The notes below the pieces were generated by a model. That model had not been told where the DNA came from. It saw only the letters and a program-made list of their open reading frames with translations, and searched no databases. Of a stretch of DNA of 64,000 nt, positions 19,290-29,695 are shown in pieces. Position 1 is the first letter of the stretch. Every line of letters starts with the position of its first letter. Source of the stretch: an uncultured delta proteobacterium (GTDB lineage Bacteria; Desulfobacterota; Desulfomonilia; UBA1062); contig CAWAUM010000001.1 in assembly GCA_963785235.1 (NCBI GenBank), positions 96,001-160,000 on the forward strand, given 5' to 3'. The position numbers and the translations under genes are program-made.

Positions 19290-20530
19290 ATCTTCTCCTT
19301 ATTATGGTGTTTATGAAACCAGTGATTTATTCCATGCCCGGTTTTTTTCTTGTTGTCTATACTGTTTGCCATGGCCTCTGCAATTATTTCCACAGGGTCC
19401 ATGGCATTAAGTCCGGTAAAGTGGCCCAGCTGCATGCGGCACGCCCCGCAATCAGCCACTATGGCATCTGCATTTAAAGCCCGGATGGGTATTGAAGCAA
19501 TCTCGCCGAGCTTATGGGCTGTGTCCTGATTACGCTTCTTGAAGCCATAGGTACCTGCCAGGCCGCAGCAGTTGTCATCAAGTACGAAGCATTCAAGTCC
19601 CTCGATCTGCTCGAATATCTTTACTGCGGGGTAGCCGATCCCCAATGCACGCAAATGGCATGGTATGTGGTAGGCAATCTTTTTCTCCAGGCGTCCCAGA
19701 GGTCTCTTTTCCTTATCCCCCTGCAGAAGGGAGAGCATGTACTCATTCACATTATATGTGTTCTCTGCAATCTTTTTCCCCCCCGGTGCCTCCAGTATAC
19801 CGGGATAGTCCTGGATAAGGGTAAGCCCGCAGGAGGTGCAGGCATACACTACGTCGAACCCCTTGTTGATGAATGAGGTCAATACCGAGGCGTTTTTCAG
19901 GGCATATTTCCTTGCCATGTCCAAATCGCCGTTTCCCAAAGCCGGCAGCCCGCAGCAGGTTTGCCGCGGCATGACCACCCGACAGCCCATGGATACCAGC
20001 ATGTCCCTGATCTTCCAGCCGATGTCGGGCCTGTTGAAGTTCAAGTGGCACCCATAAAAGAAGGCCACCTTTCTCCCTTTACCCTTTCTCCTCCTGCCCC
20101 TTTCCATATTGAAGAACCGGAATTCCGGGAGGTCAGGCTCGCGGGATATCCCCAGGAGGCTCAGAACTGCCTTTGCCGCATTGAATGAAGCAGCCTTGTT
20201 GGCAATCGGGGCAAAGGTCGAGCCCAAGGCGTTCAGGTGATATGCATTGGCGAACAGATGGGCGGTAAAGGGGCTTAAATGTTCTATTCCATACTTGAGC
20301 TGGGCCTTCAGGATTATTTCTGCTACGTCTACGCCATAGGGACAGGCGACTTGGCACCTTCGGCACTGGCTGCAGTACTTGACCCACTGGTCCACGGACT
20401 TCTCGCCGTCGAGGCGAAAACGCTGGGCATCGGGGCCCGACTGTTTGGGCCCCGGGAAGCGCGGCTCCACCTTATAGACCGGGCAGTTTTCCACGCAGAT
20501 GGTGCAGCGTACGCAATGCTCGAAGGTCAT
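19286..20530 (-). CDS. glpC: Anaerobic glycerol-3-phosphate dehydrogenase subunit C
   Basis: Two CxxCxxCxxxCP motifs, FPGPKQSGPD, two CCG domains. Confidence 0.94.
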   Translation of the reverse strand: MTFEHCVRCTICVENCPVYKVEPRFPGPKQSGPDAQRFRLDGEKSVDQWVKYCSQCRRCQVACPYGVDVAEIILKAQLKYGIEHLSPFTAHLFANAYHLNALGSTFAPIANKAASFNAAKAVLSLLGISREPDLPEFRFFNMERGRRRKGKGRKVAFFYGCHLNFNRPDIGWKIRDMLVSMGCRVVMPRQTCCGLPALGNGDLDMARKYALKNASVLTSFINKGFDVVYACTSCGLTLIQDYPGILEAPGGKKIAENTYNVNEYMLSLLQGDKEKRPLGRLEKKIAYHIPCHLRALGIGYPAVKIFEQIEGLECFVLDDNCCGLAGTYGFKKRNQDTAHKLGEIASIPIRALNADAIVADCGACRMQLGHFTGLNAMDPVEIIAEAMANSIDNKKKTGHGINHWFHKHHNKEKI

Positions 20531-21723
20531 GTGATCAACCTCTCACACATCTTGGCGGCCTTCAGGCCTGTGGCCAGTGCAAGGCCGTGGCCGCAGTGGT
20601 TCTTCATGACCTCGCTTCGGGCAAGGATGCTTCCGCATACGAAGAGATTCTCCAGGCCAGCGAGTTTCGGCCTGAGGGATGAATCCACCTCGATCCCGGC
20701 CTCTTCGATGGGATGCCCGGCAGTGAAAAAGTCGTTCCAGAACCAGTCTTTCCTGGCCCCTGGTACATGCACGGGGATGCCGAACACGGCCTCGTAAACC
20801 GAATCCCTTGTGGCAAAAAGACCCCCGCTCACGAAGGAGCCTGTTGCCAGGATAAAGGCCTTGCCCTGCACACGCGTAGCCCTGGCCGGGGTGGCCAGGG
20901 TCACGGCCTCTATGATACGGCCATGTCGCTCCACGCTGCTTATGGGCATACCCCAGAAGACATCTCCGCCAAGGTCCTGGAGAGCGGCCTTAAGCCCCCG
21001 GAAAAGCCTCAGGCCGGGGATGGACGGCGGTAGGGTGGGGATTTCGAACACCTCCCTGCCGATGCGTGAGGAGATCTCCTCCATGATGGCTACAGGATTA
21101 TTGACCCCCAGAACCGCCGGCAAGGCCACCTTGCCAGGCGGCAGCTCGAGGCCTGCGATCCATGTGGCAAAGTCCGCGGCAAAGCCCTTTTCTTCGAACC
21201 GGGCGGCAATGGCAAGGGTTGAGGGCACGCCGGCATCGTAGAGGGAAAACCCGGTGTTGGTCAGCTTGGATGTGATATAGGAAGGGTAAAAGTCTTTGAT
21301 CCCTTTAAAGGATATCACATGCACGTATTCATCCCTGCACCCAGAGGATGCCGCCATGGTTTGGGGAACCAGGCACGTGGTCTTGAACGTGCCTATGGGC
21401 GTAAGGATCTCCCGGTTCTTTCTGATACTGCCCACATAGGGGATGGGGCTCTTCGACATGATCTCCTTGAATAACTTGCAGGCCTCCTCAACACCCTTCT
21501 TGCCCACGAGATGGTAGGGGTGCATCTCGGGCAGATCACCGAAACCATCCAGCGGGTGAGGGGCGGTGGAAAGTACGTCGATGCAGCCTGTGGAAAGGCA
21601 GCACACCGGGTCCCCCCGGGAGATGAGCGCTGTCCTGAATCCCTTGCCTGCAAGGTAGATGGACGCCATGAGCCCGGATATACCGCCTCCGATGACTACC
21701 ACATCGTGCATAAGCGTATTCAC
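20527..21723 (-). CDS. glpB: Anaerobic glycerol-3-phosphate dehydrogenase subunit B
   Basis: GGGISG, LPAVLG, EIPTLPPSIPGLRL, LATGSF.SGGL; between glpA and glpC. Confidence 0.93.
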   Translation of the reverse strand: MNTLMHDVVVIGGGISGLMASIYLAGKGFRTALISRGDPVCCLSTGCIDVLSTAPHPLDGFGDLPEMHPYHLVGKKGVEEACKLFKEIMSKSPIPYVGSIRKNREILTPIGTFKTTCLVPQTMAASSGCRDEYVHVISFKGIKDFYPSYITSKLTNTGFSLYDAGVPSTLAIAARFEEKGFAADFATWIAGLELPPGKVALPAVLGVNNPVAIMEEISSRIGREVFEIPTLPPSIPGLRLFRGLKAALQDLGGDVFWGMPISSVERHGRIIEAVTLATPARATRVQGKAFILATGSFVSGGLFATRDSVYEAVFGIPVHVPGARKDWFWNDFFTAGHPIEEAGIEVDSSLRPKLAGLENLFVCGSILARSEVMKNHCGHGLALATGLKAAKMCERLIT

Positions 21724-23226
21724 TTAAGCGTTCTCCATGTTGAGTATGCCAAGGTAGATATACTCGATCAGCTGCTCTTCCCGGAGCTGGTCGCCCCACA
21801 GCGCAGGCCTGATCCCCTTGAACCGCCTCTGAAGAAATTCGGTCAGGATCTTGATCGACAACTCGGGGCTTACCTTGCCGAGCTCCTGCATGATGCCGAG
21901 CGCACGATAAGTGCAGAAGCCCCCCTGGCAGGGACCCATTCCCAACCGGGTCCGGTGCTGTATATCTCCCACATAATGGGTACCCATGGTGTTGATGGCG
22001 TGCTCAACAATGCGCCGTGGCACAAGCTCGCACTCGCACACAATGTCGTCCATGCTGGAGAGTCTCTTTGAAAGCGGATAGCCGCTGAGCTCATCCTGGC
22101 CCTCCAGAGGCAGATCTGCGGTCCTGCAGGTCGCCCTCATGGCGAATTTTTCCATAATGACATCCACCATCTTCTCTGCCATGAGGCGGTAGGTGGTCAG
22201 CTTGCCGCCCAGGATGCTGTACATGCCGTTTTCATGGTCGATGATCTTGAAGCCGCGTGAGATGGACCTGCCGTCGGTGCCGGAAGCCTTGAGCAGCGGC
22301 CTTACCCCGGTGTAGGCCCGGATCAGCCTGGTCGTCCCGAAACTGGGGATCATCTTCTCGGCCTCATTGGCCACGACATCCACCTCTGAGGGGTCAATCT
22401 CCAGCACATCCGGATTTTGGACGGTGATGGATGTGGTACCTGCAAGGCACACCGCCTCGTTTGGTACGATTATGTCACCGTCCGAAGGCACCCGGAGCCT
22501 GTTTATAACCATATTGGTGAGACGGTGGTTCGAGATGATAAGGCTGCCCTTGGACAGGGTCATGGGGACTTCAGAACCGCCTAGGCGGGCCAGTTTGTCG
22601 CCCCATGCGCCGGTGGCATTGATAATGATGCGCGCTCTGATCTCCTTGATCTGTGCGGTAAGGCGTTCTCTGGCCTTCACCCCTACGCATATGCCCTTTT
22701 CCTTGATGATCTCGATGACCTCATGGTGGGTCAGGATGTCGCCGCCCCTGTGCCTGGATGTGTAGGCGTTCAGCATGCAGAGCCTGAAGGGGTCGATGGA
22801 GCAGTCGGGCACCATAATGGCCTCTTCCATGGCCGTGTTCAGGTTCGGCACCAGGTCGAGGGCCTTGCTCGGGGAGAGAACGGTGGTTTCAATCCCTACC
22901 TCTTCGCAGCCCTTCAGGAACCGGTCCCTATAGCGCTTGGAGTCGCCGGGCAGGCGGACGAACAGGCCACCGGTTTTCTCCACGCACTTCTGGGCGATTT
23001 TTCTGAGGATCGTGTTTTCGGTAATGCATTCGTGTGCCGCTTCAGGGTCGTTCACCACATAGCGGCCCCCGCTGTGGAGCAGGCCGTGGCATGCCCCGGT
23101 GGCACCCGAGGCGAAGTCGCCCTTTTCCACCAGGCAGTGGTGCACCCCACGCAGCGCCAAGTCCCGGGCTATCCCGCATCCGGTGGCGCCACCCCCGATA
23201 ATGATCACGTCGGTCTTGATGGACAA
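21724..23226 (-). CDS. glpA: Anaerobic glycerol-3-phosphate dehydrogenase subunit A
   Basis: IIGGGATG, GATGACHGLLHSGGRY, GVRPL, GGKLTTYRLMAE, C-terminal BFD-like CECE...RLGMGPCQGGFC. Confidence 0.95.
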   Translation of the reverse strand: MSIKTDVIIIGGGATGCGIARDLALRGVHHCLVEKGDFASGATGACHGLLHSGGRYVVNDPEAAHECITENTILRKIAQKCVEKTGGLFVRLPGDSKRYRDRFLKGCEEVGIETTVLSPSKALDLVPNLNTAMEEAIMVPDCSIDPFRLCMLNAYTSRHRGGDILTHHEVIEIIKEKGICVGVKARERLTAQIKEIRARIIINATGAWGDKLARLGGSEVPMTLSKGSLIISNHRLTNMVINRLRVPSDGDIIVPNEAVCLAGTTSITVQNPDVLEIDPSEVDVVANEAEKMIPSFGTTRLIRAYTGVRPLLKASGTDGRSISRGFKIIDHENGMYSILGGKLTTYRLMAEKMVDVIMEKFAMRATCRTADLPLEGQDELSGYPLSKRLSSMDDIVCECELVPRRIVEHAINTMGTHYVGDIQHRTRLGMGPCQGGFCTYRALGIMQELGKVSPELSIKILTEFLQRRFKGIRPALWGDQLREEQLIEYIYLGILNMENA

Positions 23227-23351
23227 GGTGATCCTTTTACCCCATGATTTTCTTCCGTACCTTATACATGGTGTGTCAGGCAGGTCAAGAGCGGGGAAGG
23301 GATGGTATGTGAACCTGCCACCACGGTTCTTGACTCGGAATTTGCTTTTAA

Positions 23352-23480
23352 TTCGGATTTTGCGTTTGAGATGCGTAAAAACCTGATCCGTTAAAAACCA
23401 CCATCTCGCAGCCTTTGCGGAACGCTGAATATCTCGGTCCCGGGGGCTGCGAGATGATGGTTTTTAACGGACCTATTTTA
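23352..23480 (-). repeat. Diverged copy E of the dispersed hairpin element
   Basis: AAAAACCTGATCCGTTAAAAACCACCATCTCG resembles the reverse complement of copy D; 27-bp inverted repeat (23387-23413 / 23445-23471) with one mismatch. Confidence 0.7.
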
Positions 23481-23562
23481 AAAAACAAATCCAGCGCAAT
23501 ATGAGTTTTTACTCTTAAGACAATGCATAGGGTAGTTATAGACTCTTTCACTCTGGGATTGG

Positions 23563-24762
23563 TCAGCCCTCCACAATATCAACCAGTTCTGATGTTATAC
23601 CCGGCAATGCCGAACTCGCCCGGGACCAGCTTGGGATGAAGTGGACTACCAGGGGATCTTCCATGAATTCCATGATAGCAATGTGAAGGCCCTTGGTGAA
23701 GGTCTCTACCGCGATTTCCTCGGAATGCCTGTCAAAGAGCAGGCCATTGATGGCTGCATCGTCTTCGTAGTATCTTATCATGTCCTGGGCGATAAGCTGA
23801 TAGGCCACCGTCAATGATCTGAACGTTGCTTCGCTGAAAGAGGAGCCCTCTGCCGCAAGTGCATGGAACAAGGTGCAGGCGATGTCGATACACATCTTAT
23901 GGAGCCCCTTGCTGGCGTCTTTATCCGATAATTCCAGATGGACGTGCTCATATTCGATAGAGAGGTCCACCTGGCAGATGCGTCTTGGTGCGCAGTTGCG
24001 GTAAACCTCTTCCAGCATGCCTATCTCCAGGCCCCAGGAGGCCGGCACTCTGCTTACGCGCATTAGGTCGGCGTGGCCGGCAAACTCGCCGGATATGGGG
24101 TAGCGGAACGAGTCCAGATATTCCAGGTATGGCAGCATCCCCAAAGTGGTTTTCAGCGCCCTGATGAGCGGGATTACGAACAACCGCATGACCCTGCCAT
24201 GGAGACGGTTGGTCGCACGGGCATAGTAGCCTTTTGCAAACTCATACTCCATGCTCGGGTGCACAAGCGGATAGATGAGCCGGACCAGGAGCGAGCGTTC
24301 GTAAGTGAGGATATCGGAATCGTGCACGGCAATCACCTCTGTGTCGTGGCGGGCAAGGAGGTAGCCGATTGCCATCCAGAGGCTCCTTCCCTTGCCGCTT
24401 GCCGTATCCACCAGGCCTTCGGTCCTCAGGCGCGAATAGAAGGACTCCATGGAAGGCGAGTTATTCCAGATGATCACGGTTTCCTGTGGCAGGTCCGAGA
24501 AGAATGCCTTTGTCCTGGCAAAGCCATCTTTTTTTGCACCGTCCAAGGTCACCACAATACGCTTCACATAATCTGCGCCTTTCAAGTGCTCTACGATTCC
24601 GGACAATGCAGTGCCTGTGATCTCGGAATACTGGCAGGGCAGGATCAGCGAGACAGGCTTAAAGCGGACATACTGCCGAAGCTCGTCTTCCAAACGTTCG
24701 AGTTTTACCGAGCTGATCTGGTGGAGCGTACCGATACGACCGCATTGAAAGAAATCACTCAT
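23563..24762 (-). CDS. Glucosyl-3-phosphoglycerate synthase-like glycosyltransferase
   Basis: MSDFFQ.G.I.TLH start, GKGRSLW, HDSD (DxD), KGYYAR, GRV.RL, YPISGEF, WGLEIG. Confidence 0.8.
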   Translation of the reverse strand: MSDFFQCGRIGTLHQISSVKLERLEDELRQYVRFKPVSLILPCQYSEITGTALSGIVEHLKGADYVKRIVVTLDGAKKDGFARTKAFFSDLPQETVIIWNNSPSMESFYSRLRTEGLVDTASGKGRSLWMAIGYLLARHDTEVIAVHDSDILTYERSLLVRLIYPLVHPSMEYEFAKGYYARATNRLHGRVMRLFVIPLIRALKTTLGMLPYLEYLDSFRYPISGEFAGHADLMRVSRVPASWGLEIGMLEEVYRNCAPRRICQVDLSIEYEHVHLELSDKDASKGLHKMCIDIACTLFHALAAEGSSFSEATFRSLTVAYQLIAQDMIRYYEDDAAINGLLFDRHSEEIAVETFTKGLHIAIMEFMEDPLVVHFIPSWSRASSALPGITSELVDIVEG

Positions 24763-25039
24763 ACACTACCTCATTTATCAATCAAATACATCTAGCAGCG
24801 GCTTTTTTGGATGCTGTGGATAATAATACGCTTTGAATGATAATGATGTCTAGATGATAGGAGAGAGCTGTTTTAAAATCATGATTACTACCTATTCATG
24901 GTTCATAAATAGTAACCTCTGTGCCGAAAGAAAGGGAAGGGTTGAACATGCAAGGGCATTCAAATTACAATTATGCACGGATAATGTATACCGGTGATAC
25001 CTCTGTGCCCCTGTCTGGCTTCTATGCAGGGATCTCACC

Positions 25040-25768
25040 ATGATCTGTTCAAAATGCGGGCATGAGCAGTCGGATGGATATTTTGAATGCCAAAAGTGTG
25101 GTGTTATTTTCGGAAAGATTCATCCCTATGCTGATAACCAGCAAGGCCATCTTGATGAAGACATCAAGATAGACGCAACTTACCCAACCGGTACATTGAA
25201 CAGTCTTCTCTTTTCTGTAAAGGCAGATCCCGATCCCATCATCCTCGCCATGAAAACCGCCCTTATAGCGGCCATTTTTGCCTGGGGTCTTAAACTCTTT
25301 TTTGTCCCCATTGAAGAGGCCGGCAACAACATTCTCCACTATGTGAACGTACCCTTCCATGAGGCAGGGCATATCTTTTTTGGGCTATTCGGAGAATTCT
25401 TGACCGTGCTCGGCGGGAGCCTGTTCCAGCTCATTATGCCCATGATTTGTGTTGTTGTTCTTCTCCTGAAAACGCGTGATCCCTTTGGTGCATCAGTGGC
25501 GCTGTGGTGGTTTGGTGAGAACTTCATTGACATGGCCCCATACATCAATGATGCCCGCAGCCTGGAGCTCATGCTTCTGGGTGGGGTGACCGGCAAGGAG
25601 AAACCCGGATTCCACGACTGGGAGAATATTCTTGGAACACTGGGTATTCTGCCCTATGACCACATCATCGCAACAGGGGCCATGTGGTTCGGCCTGATCT
25701 GTATGGTGTTAGGCTGCTCCTGGGCAGGTTACCTGCTCTTTAAGGAATTATCCCGAATTTTGCGTTGA
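25040..25768 (+). CDS. Zinc-ribbon membrane protein with HExxH motif (M50-like)
   Basis: CSKC...CQKC, FHEAGH, GGSLFQ, YINDAR, HDW; several TM helices. Confidence 0.8.
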   Translation: MICSKCGHEQSDGYFECQKCGVIFGKIHPYADNQQGHLDEDIKIDATYPTGTLNSLLFSVKADPDPIILAMKTALIAAIFAWGLKLFFVPIEEAGNNILHYVNVPFHEAGHIFFGLFGEFLTVLGGSLFQLIMPMICVVVLLLKTRDPFGASVALWWFGENFIDMAPYINDARSLELMLLGGVTGKEKPGFHDWENILGTLGILPYDHIIATGAMWFGLICMVLGCSWAGYLLFKELSRILR

Positions 25769-25799
25769 AGAAGCGTGAAAACTTGTTCCGTTCAAAACA
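25750..25799 (-). repeat. Partial copy F of the dispersed hairpin element
   Basis: ATCCCGAATTTTGCGTTGAAGAAGCGTGAAAACTTGTTCCGTTCAAAA aligns with 23352-23397 and 33310-33357. Confidence 0.6.
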
Positions 25800-27122
25800 C
25801 TATTCAATCGACTTCAAATAGGTTTGTAGATTGACCCGCTTGTTTTTTATTTTCAGCTTATTGCGGATATTATCCCTGTGAAAGTCGACGGTGCTGGTGG
25901 CGATGTTAAGAAGCTCGGCAATTTCTTTTGTTGTTTTTCCCTGTTTGATGAAATTGACCATGTGAATTTCACTGGGCGTCAAATCTAAAAAACCTTGAGG
26001 AACGCCTTTCAGCAGGGGTTTGACAATTTCATTCAGGTTTTTGGCCATACTCTCCACATAGGTTTTCTGTTTGCCGGAAAGCCCGCTGTGTTGCAGTTTG
26101 GCCAGGACCGGCATTACCAGCTCATTGACGTTAAAACGTACAGTTTCTTCAAGCTGAGTTCTCGTTTCAGCTTTTTTTTCCAGGAGGACTTGTAAGGCAA
26201 TATTTGTTTTTTCAAGGGTTTTATTGGTTTGTATGAGGTCTGAGGTTCGTTCCTTCAGGAGAGTATTGAGGCGCTCTTTTATTTCTTTGCGCTCGGTTAT
26301 GTCTCTTGCAAAACCACAAAAGCCCGTGGGTTGCCCGGCTGCATTTTTCAACAGCAACACGGCCAGATCAAGCTGTTTTCGAACTCCTTTCATGTCTTTA
26401 ATTTCGAACTCAAATCCTTTTACAGGATGGTGTGTTCGATACACCCGGTTAAAAACCTCATAAACTGCTTTTGTGTTGGCCTCATCTAAAAAATGTTTGA
26501 AATTTTTACCCATAAGCTCATCTTGGGTATAACCGGTAATAACGGCTGTGGCATCGTTGCAGTAAAGGAGATTGCCGGCGAGGTCGACTTCACAATAGGC
26601 CTCGTTGATATTGTCTATAATATGACGATATTTTTCTTCGCTCTGGCGTAACTTTATTTCCGCCTCCTTGCGCATGGTGCAATCCCGAGCCACGCCCACG
26701 ATGCCGATGGCCTTTTCCTTATCGTTCCGGTAGAAACAGGCTGAGGCTTCCAACCATATCAGGTGCCTGTCTTTATGATAGACCTGAAAATCGAGCGTTC
26801 TCGGATTGGATTGATTGTTTTTTTCTTTCTCGTATTCCTGAACAAAAACGTTTTGGATGCTTGTTAATCCTTCAGGTGTTACAAACCAATCCAAGCGGGC
26901 GCCGATAGACTCTTCAGCTGTATATCCAGTGACACGTTCCGCAGACGGGCTCACATATTCCAGTCGGAATGTTTTGAGATCCAATGCCCAGATAATATCG
27001 GTTATACGATTTGCCAGCAGACGATAATTCCTGTCATTTTCCAGCAACAGTTTTTTGGCATTTTTTCTGTTTGATGAGTTTTTTCTTCGGCTGGCATGAT
27101 TCGTAGATGATAACATGAACAC
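25800..27122 (-). CDS. PAS-PAS-LuxR HTH transcriptional regulator
   Basis: Two PAS/PAC domains (YVSPSAERVTGY...RDCT.RK; RDITERK) and LTPSE...GKTTKEIA...TVDFHRDNIRNKL. Confidence 0.92.
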   Translation of the reverse strand: MFMLSSTNHASRRKNSSNRKNAKKLLLENDRNYRLLANRITDIIWALDLKTFRLEYVSPSAERVTGYTAEESIGARLDWFVTPEGLTSIQNVFVQEYEKEKNNQSNPRTLDFQVYHKDRHLIWLEASACFYRNDKEKAIGIVGVARDCTMRKEAEIKLRQSEEKYRHIIDNINEAYCEVDLAGNLLYCNDATAVITGYTQDELMGKNFKHFLDEANTKAVYEVFNRVYRTHHPVKGFEFEIKDMKGVRKQLDLAVLLLKNAAGQPTGFCGFARDITERKEIKERLNTLLKERTSDLIQTNKTLEKTNIALQVLLEKKAETRTQLEETVRFNVNELVMPVLAKLQHSGLSGKQKTYVESMAKNLNEIVKPLLKGVPQGFLDLTPSEIHMVNFIKQGKTTKEIAELLNIATSTVDFHRDNIRNKLKIKNKRVNLQTYLKSIE

Positions 27123-27148
27123 TCCTTATTAAAGCTAATGCCTGTTGC

Positions 27149-27167
27149 TATGGGGGAATACCCCATA
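27149..27167. promoter_or_regulatory. Palindromic candidate operator in divergent promoter
   Basis: TATGGGG-gaata-CCCCATA perfect 7-5-7 inverted repeat in an AT-rich spacer, upstream of the LuxR-type gene. Confidence 0.45.
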
Positions 27168-27338
27168 TTATGCCCCAATTTATATCATGTTGTCATTCAA
27201 ATTTATTATCATATAATAGTAACATAGACAATTATTAATATATGACTTGCAATGATTTTGTAATACATTTTGATGAGTTACATAACAAGCGGCACAACTG
27301 TCATATCAGTTAAGACATACCAATAAAGGGGAGGTATC

Positions 27339-28031
27339 ATGAAACTAATCAGGATTTTATTAGCGATCGGCATGTTAGCAGGAATGACCCTGGCCACGAT
27401 TGGATGCTCATCATTTGATTTTCATAATCCAACGGCAACCGAACAGAATGTCCAGATCGTAGGTGATTCGGTTTTTGATCTGTCGGGTGAAATCCAGACA
27501 AAGCTGAAGACCTTATCCGGCAAAATGTACAAAGACAGATCGGTGAGCGGCGCTAAGATCGCAGCGATCCAGAGCCAGTTAAACACGGCACTCGGCAGGA
27601 CCACACTGCATACGGTCATTGCCGACGGCGGTGCCAATGATATCCTTCAGGGGAGCGCTGACTGCGATTCGGATCCGTTGACCCAGGGCTGTATCGATGT
27701 CCTCGATTATCTCGGCGATAAAATGGATGCCATGTTATATTCCATGTACACCAAGTCGCCCGACTACTGTGTGTGGCTCGGCTATTATCACGTGAAAGGC
27801 TCTGAGATTGAAAAGAACGAAGCCATCGATTTTGCCTATTCCGATATTTATCCGGGTATTTTCTCACCATACGCACCCGGAAGCGGTGTGATATACGTCT
27901 ACGTAGACCCGAGATCCATCATCGTGCCGGCGGATATCAAATCGGATGATATCCATCCAACGTCTAGTGGGTCACAAAAATTGGCCAACCTGATCTGGAA
28001 TACGATGGTTGCGCAGAATATGTATCGCTAA
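27339..28031 (+). CDS. SGNH/GDSL hydrolase lipoprotein
   Basis: GGAGG RBS, lipobox-like TIGC, blocks VGDS, SGA, GGAND, DDIHP. Confidence 0.9.
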   Translation: MKLIRILLAIGMLAGMTLATIGCSSFDFHNPTATEQNVQIVGDSVFDLSGEIQTKLKTLSGKMYKDRSVSGAKIAAIQSQLNTALGRTTLHTVIADGGANDILQGSADCDSDPLTQGCIDVLDYLGDKMDAMLYSMYTKSPDYCVWLGYYHVKGSEIEKNEAIDFAYSDIYPGIFSPYAPGSGVIYVYVDPRSIIVPADIKSDDIHPTSSGSQKLANLIWNTMVAQNMYR

Positions 28032-28051
28032 ACTGATGAACCGCCTGTCCT

Positions 28052-28089
28052 GAAGGTGATGCCGCCGCTCACATGCGGCGGCCGCCTTC
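28052..28089 (+). terminator. GC-rich stem-loop after the SGNH gene
   Basis: GAAGGTG-at-GCCGCCGC-tcacat-GCGGCGGC-CGCCTTC. Confidence 0.55.
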
Positions 28090-28251
28090 TCGCTGCCTAT
28101 GGGCGCTCAAGATCAGTTATGTGGTCAGTGCCGTTTACACTATTTGACAGGTACCAAAGATTATTTTACGCTGATTTTCGACGATGTTGGATCGTGGTGG
28201 GCATGTTGATGGCGCTCACAGCGGTTGGAATGTAAGCTTGACGGCAACAAG

Positions 28252-28914
28252 ATGAGAAGTGCAATGAATAAAAATATCGTAAAATATATTATCATCGGTG
28301 TTCTGCTGTTCGCCTGCGGCTGGTATTTCTTTTACGACAAACCCGTTCCCGAAACCAAAGATATACCTGATCCTTCATCTGCACAAAAGCAGACAAATCT
28401 ACCCCCAACAAAGCTCAACCAGTTTACGCATAGAACTGAAACGGCCTCGGAAGAGAACCAGGCTGAAGCTGTCATCTACCATCCGAAAGACATTCAAGAG
28501 ATCAAAAAACAGATTTACAGCCTCAATATTGAATCTGTGGAAGATATCCCTCTGCTCGACAAGGTTGTCCAGACCGGTGATGCACCCACAAGAGATTTCT
28601 GGCAGGGCAACTGGATGAGCGTGGATGACAACAAACAGGATCTCAACGGCTTTTACCTGAGACCCCAGGAAGACGGCACCTTCGTTTTCTTCCCGGACGA
28701 AAAGACCACCCGGACCTATACCTTTTTCGAAACACCTAAAACCTATACTTACGACCCGGTGAAAAAGGAATTCTATTGGGAAATAAATTATTACGGCAAG
28801 ACCATCTCCCACAGAGCCAGATTCATCAATGACAATGTCCTGGCCATGATGTTGATCAGCGGCAACAAGGTGACACTGGATCTCTATGAAAGGGGACCGG
28901 CGGATAACAAGTGA
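28252..28914 (+). CDS. Hypothetical membrane-anchored periplasmic protein
   Basis: N-terminal TM helix then an aromatic-rich beta domain; no family recognised; start uncertain (28252 or 28264). Confidence 0.7.
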   Translation: MRSAMNKNIVKYIIIGVLLFACGWYFFYDKPVPETKDIPDPSSAQKQTNLPPTKLNQFTHRTETASEENQAEAVIYHPKDIQEIKKQIYSLNIESVEDIPLLDKVVQTGDAPTRDFWQGNWMSVDDNKQDLNGFYLRPQEDGTFVFFPDEKTTRTYTFFETPKTYTYDPVKKEFYWEINYYGKTISHRARFINDNVLAMMLISGNKVTLDLYERGPADNK

Positions 28915-28920
28915 TGTATA

Positions 28921-29695
28921 TCAGTCGATCACTTTACCCTGCACACGAATAATAAATTCCGGTCTGGACGGATTGTCCGTCTGCACATAAATCGTATCCC
29001 TGATAACACCGGCTTCTTTCCTTTTATTCTTAGCCGTGATGAGATATCCTTTCTTGCCGGAGTGCTTTATCTCTTTGTATGCATATGTGATATCCAGCCC
29101 TTTCTTCACTTTAAGGCCGGTTATCTTGAACGGATACTCATGGGTAGGAATGATGACTGACGAGCCTTCGATGGTCTCGCGCCAGGATCCGTTCAGCATT
29201 ATGGTAAAGACGGAAATATCGGCAAACTTCTTTACGAAGCAGGAGATGTCGATAGTCCATTCAGGGTGTTTGGGGTCATTGGTTGTTGCCTGGATTGTGC
29301 CTTGTATCTCCTCACCGCCGCGTCGATTTGTCAGCAGTACCGTCTTGATGACACCCTCCTTGCCTGCCGGTATTTCGCGGGTGTAAGTTTCCACAAGACT
29401 GCCGCAGCAAGCCTTCACCTTCTTCAGTTCAAGAATTTGATTCGAGGTGTTTTTGATGATGAAGTCGTGCTGCACCAGGTCAAATTGCAGAACAGGATCA
29501 AATACATAATTGCTCTTCGCTGAATCCACGACAGATTTTGAATAAACAGGTTTTTCAGGGAGGCCGAAATAGAAGTTTAACTTTTGTTTTTTTTCAGCCG
29601 GGAAAGTATCATTTGTTGAACACCAACCCAATGGAATTACGGAAAAATCCTATCAATCCTAACAAAAGACCTGAGAAAAAGAGTTTTTTCTTCAT
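28921..29695 (-). CDS. DUF1573 (Ig-like) domain exported protein (frameshift near 29645)
   Basis: HDF.IKN.S...LEL..V.ACCG...IPAGKEG.I and TND motifs; the signal peptide from ATG 29695 is out of frame at an A5 run. Confidence 0.8.
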
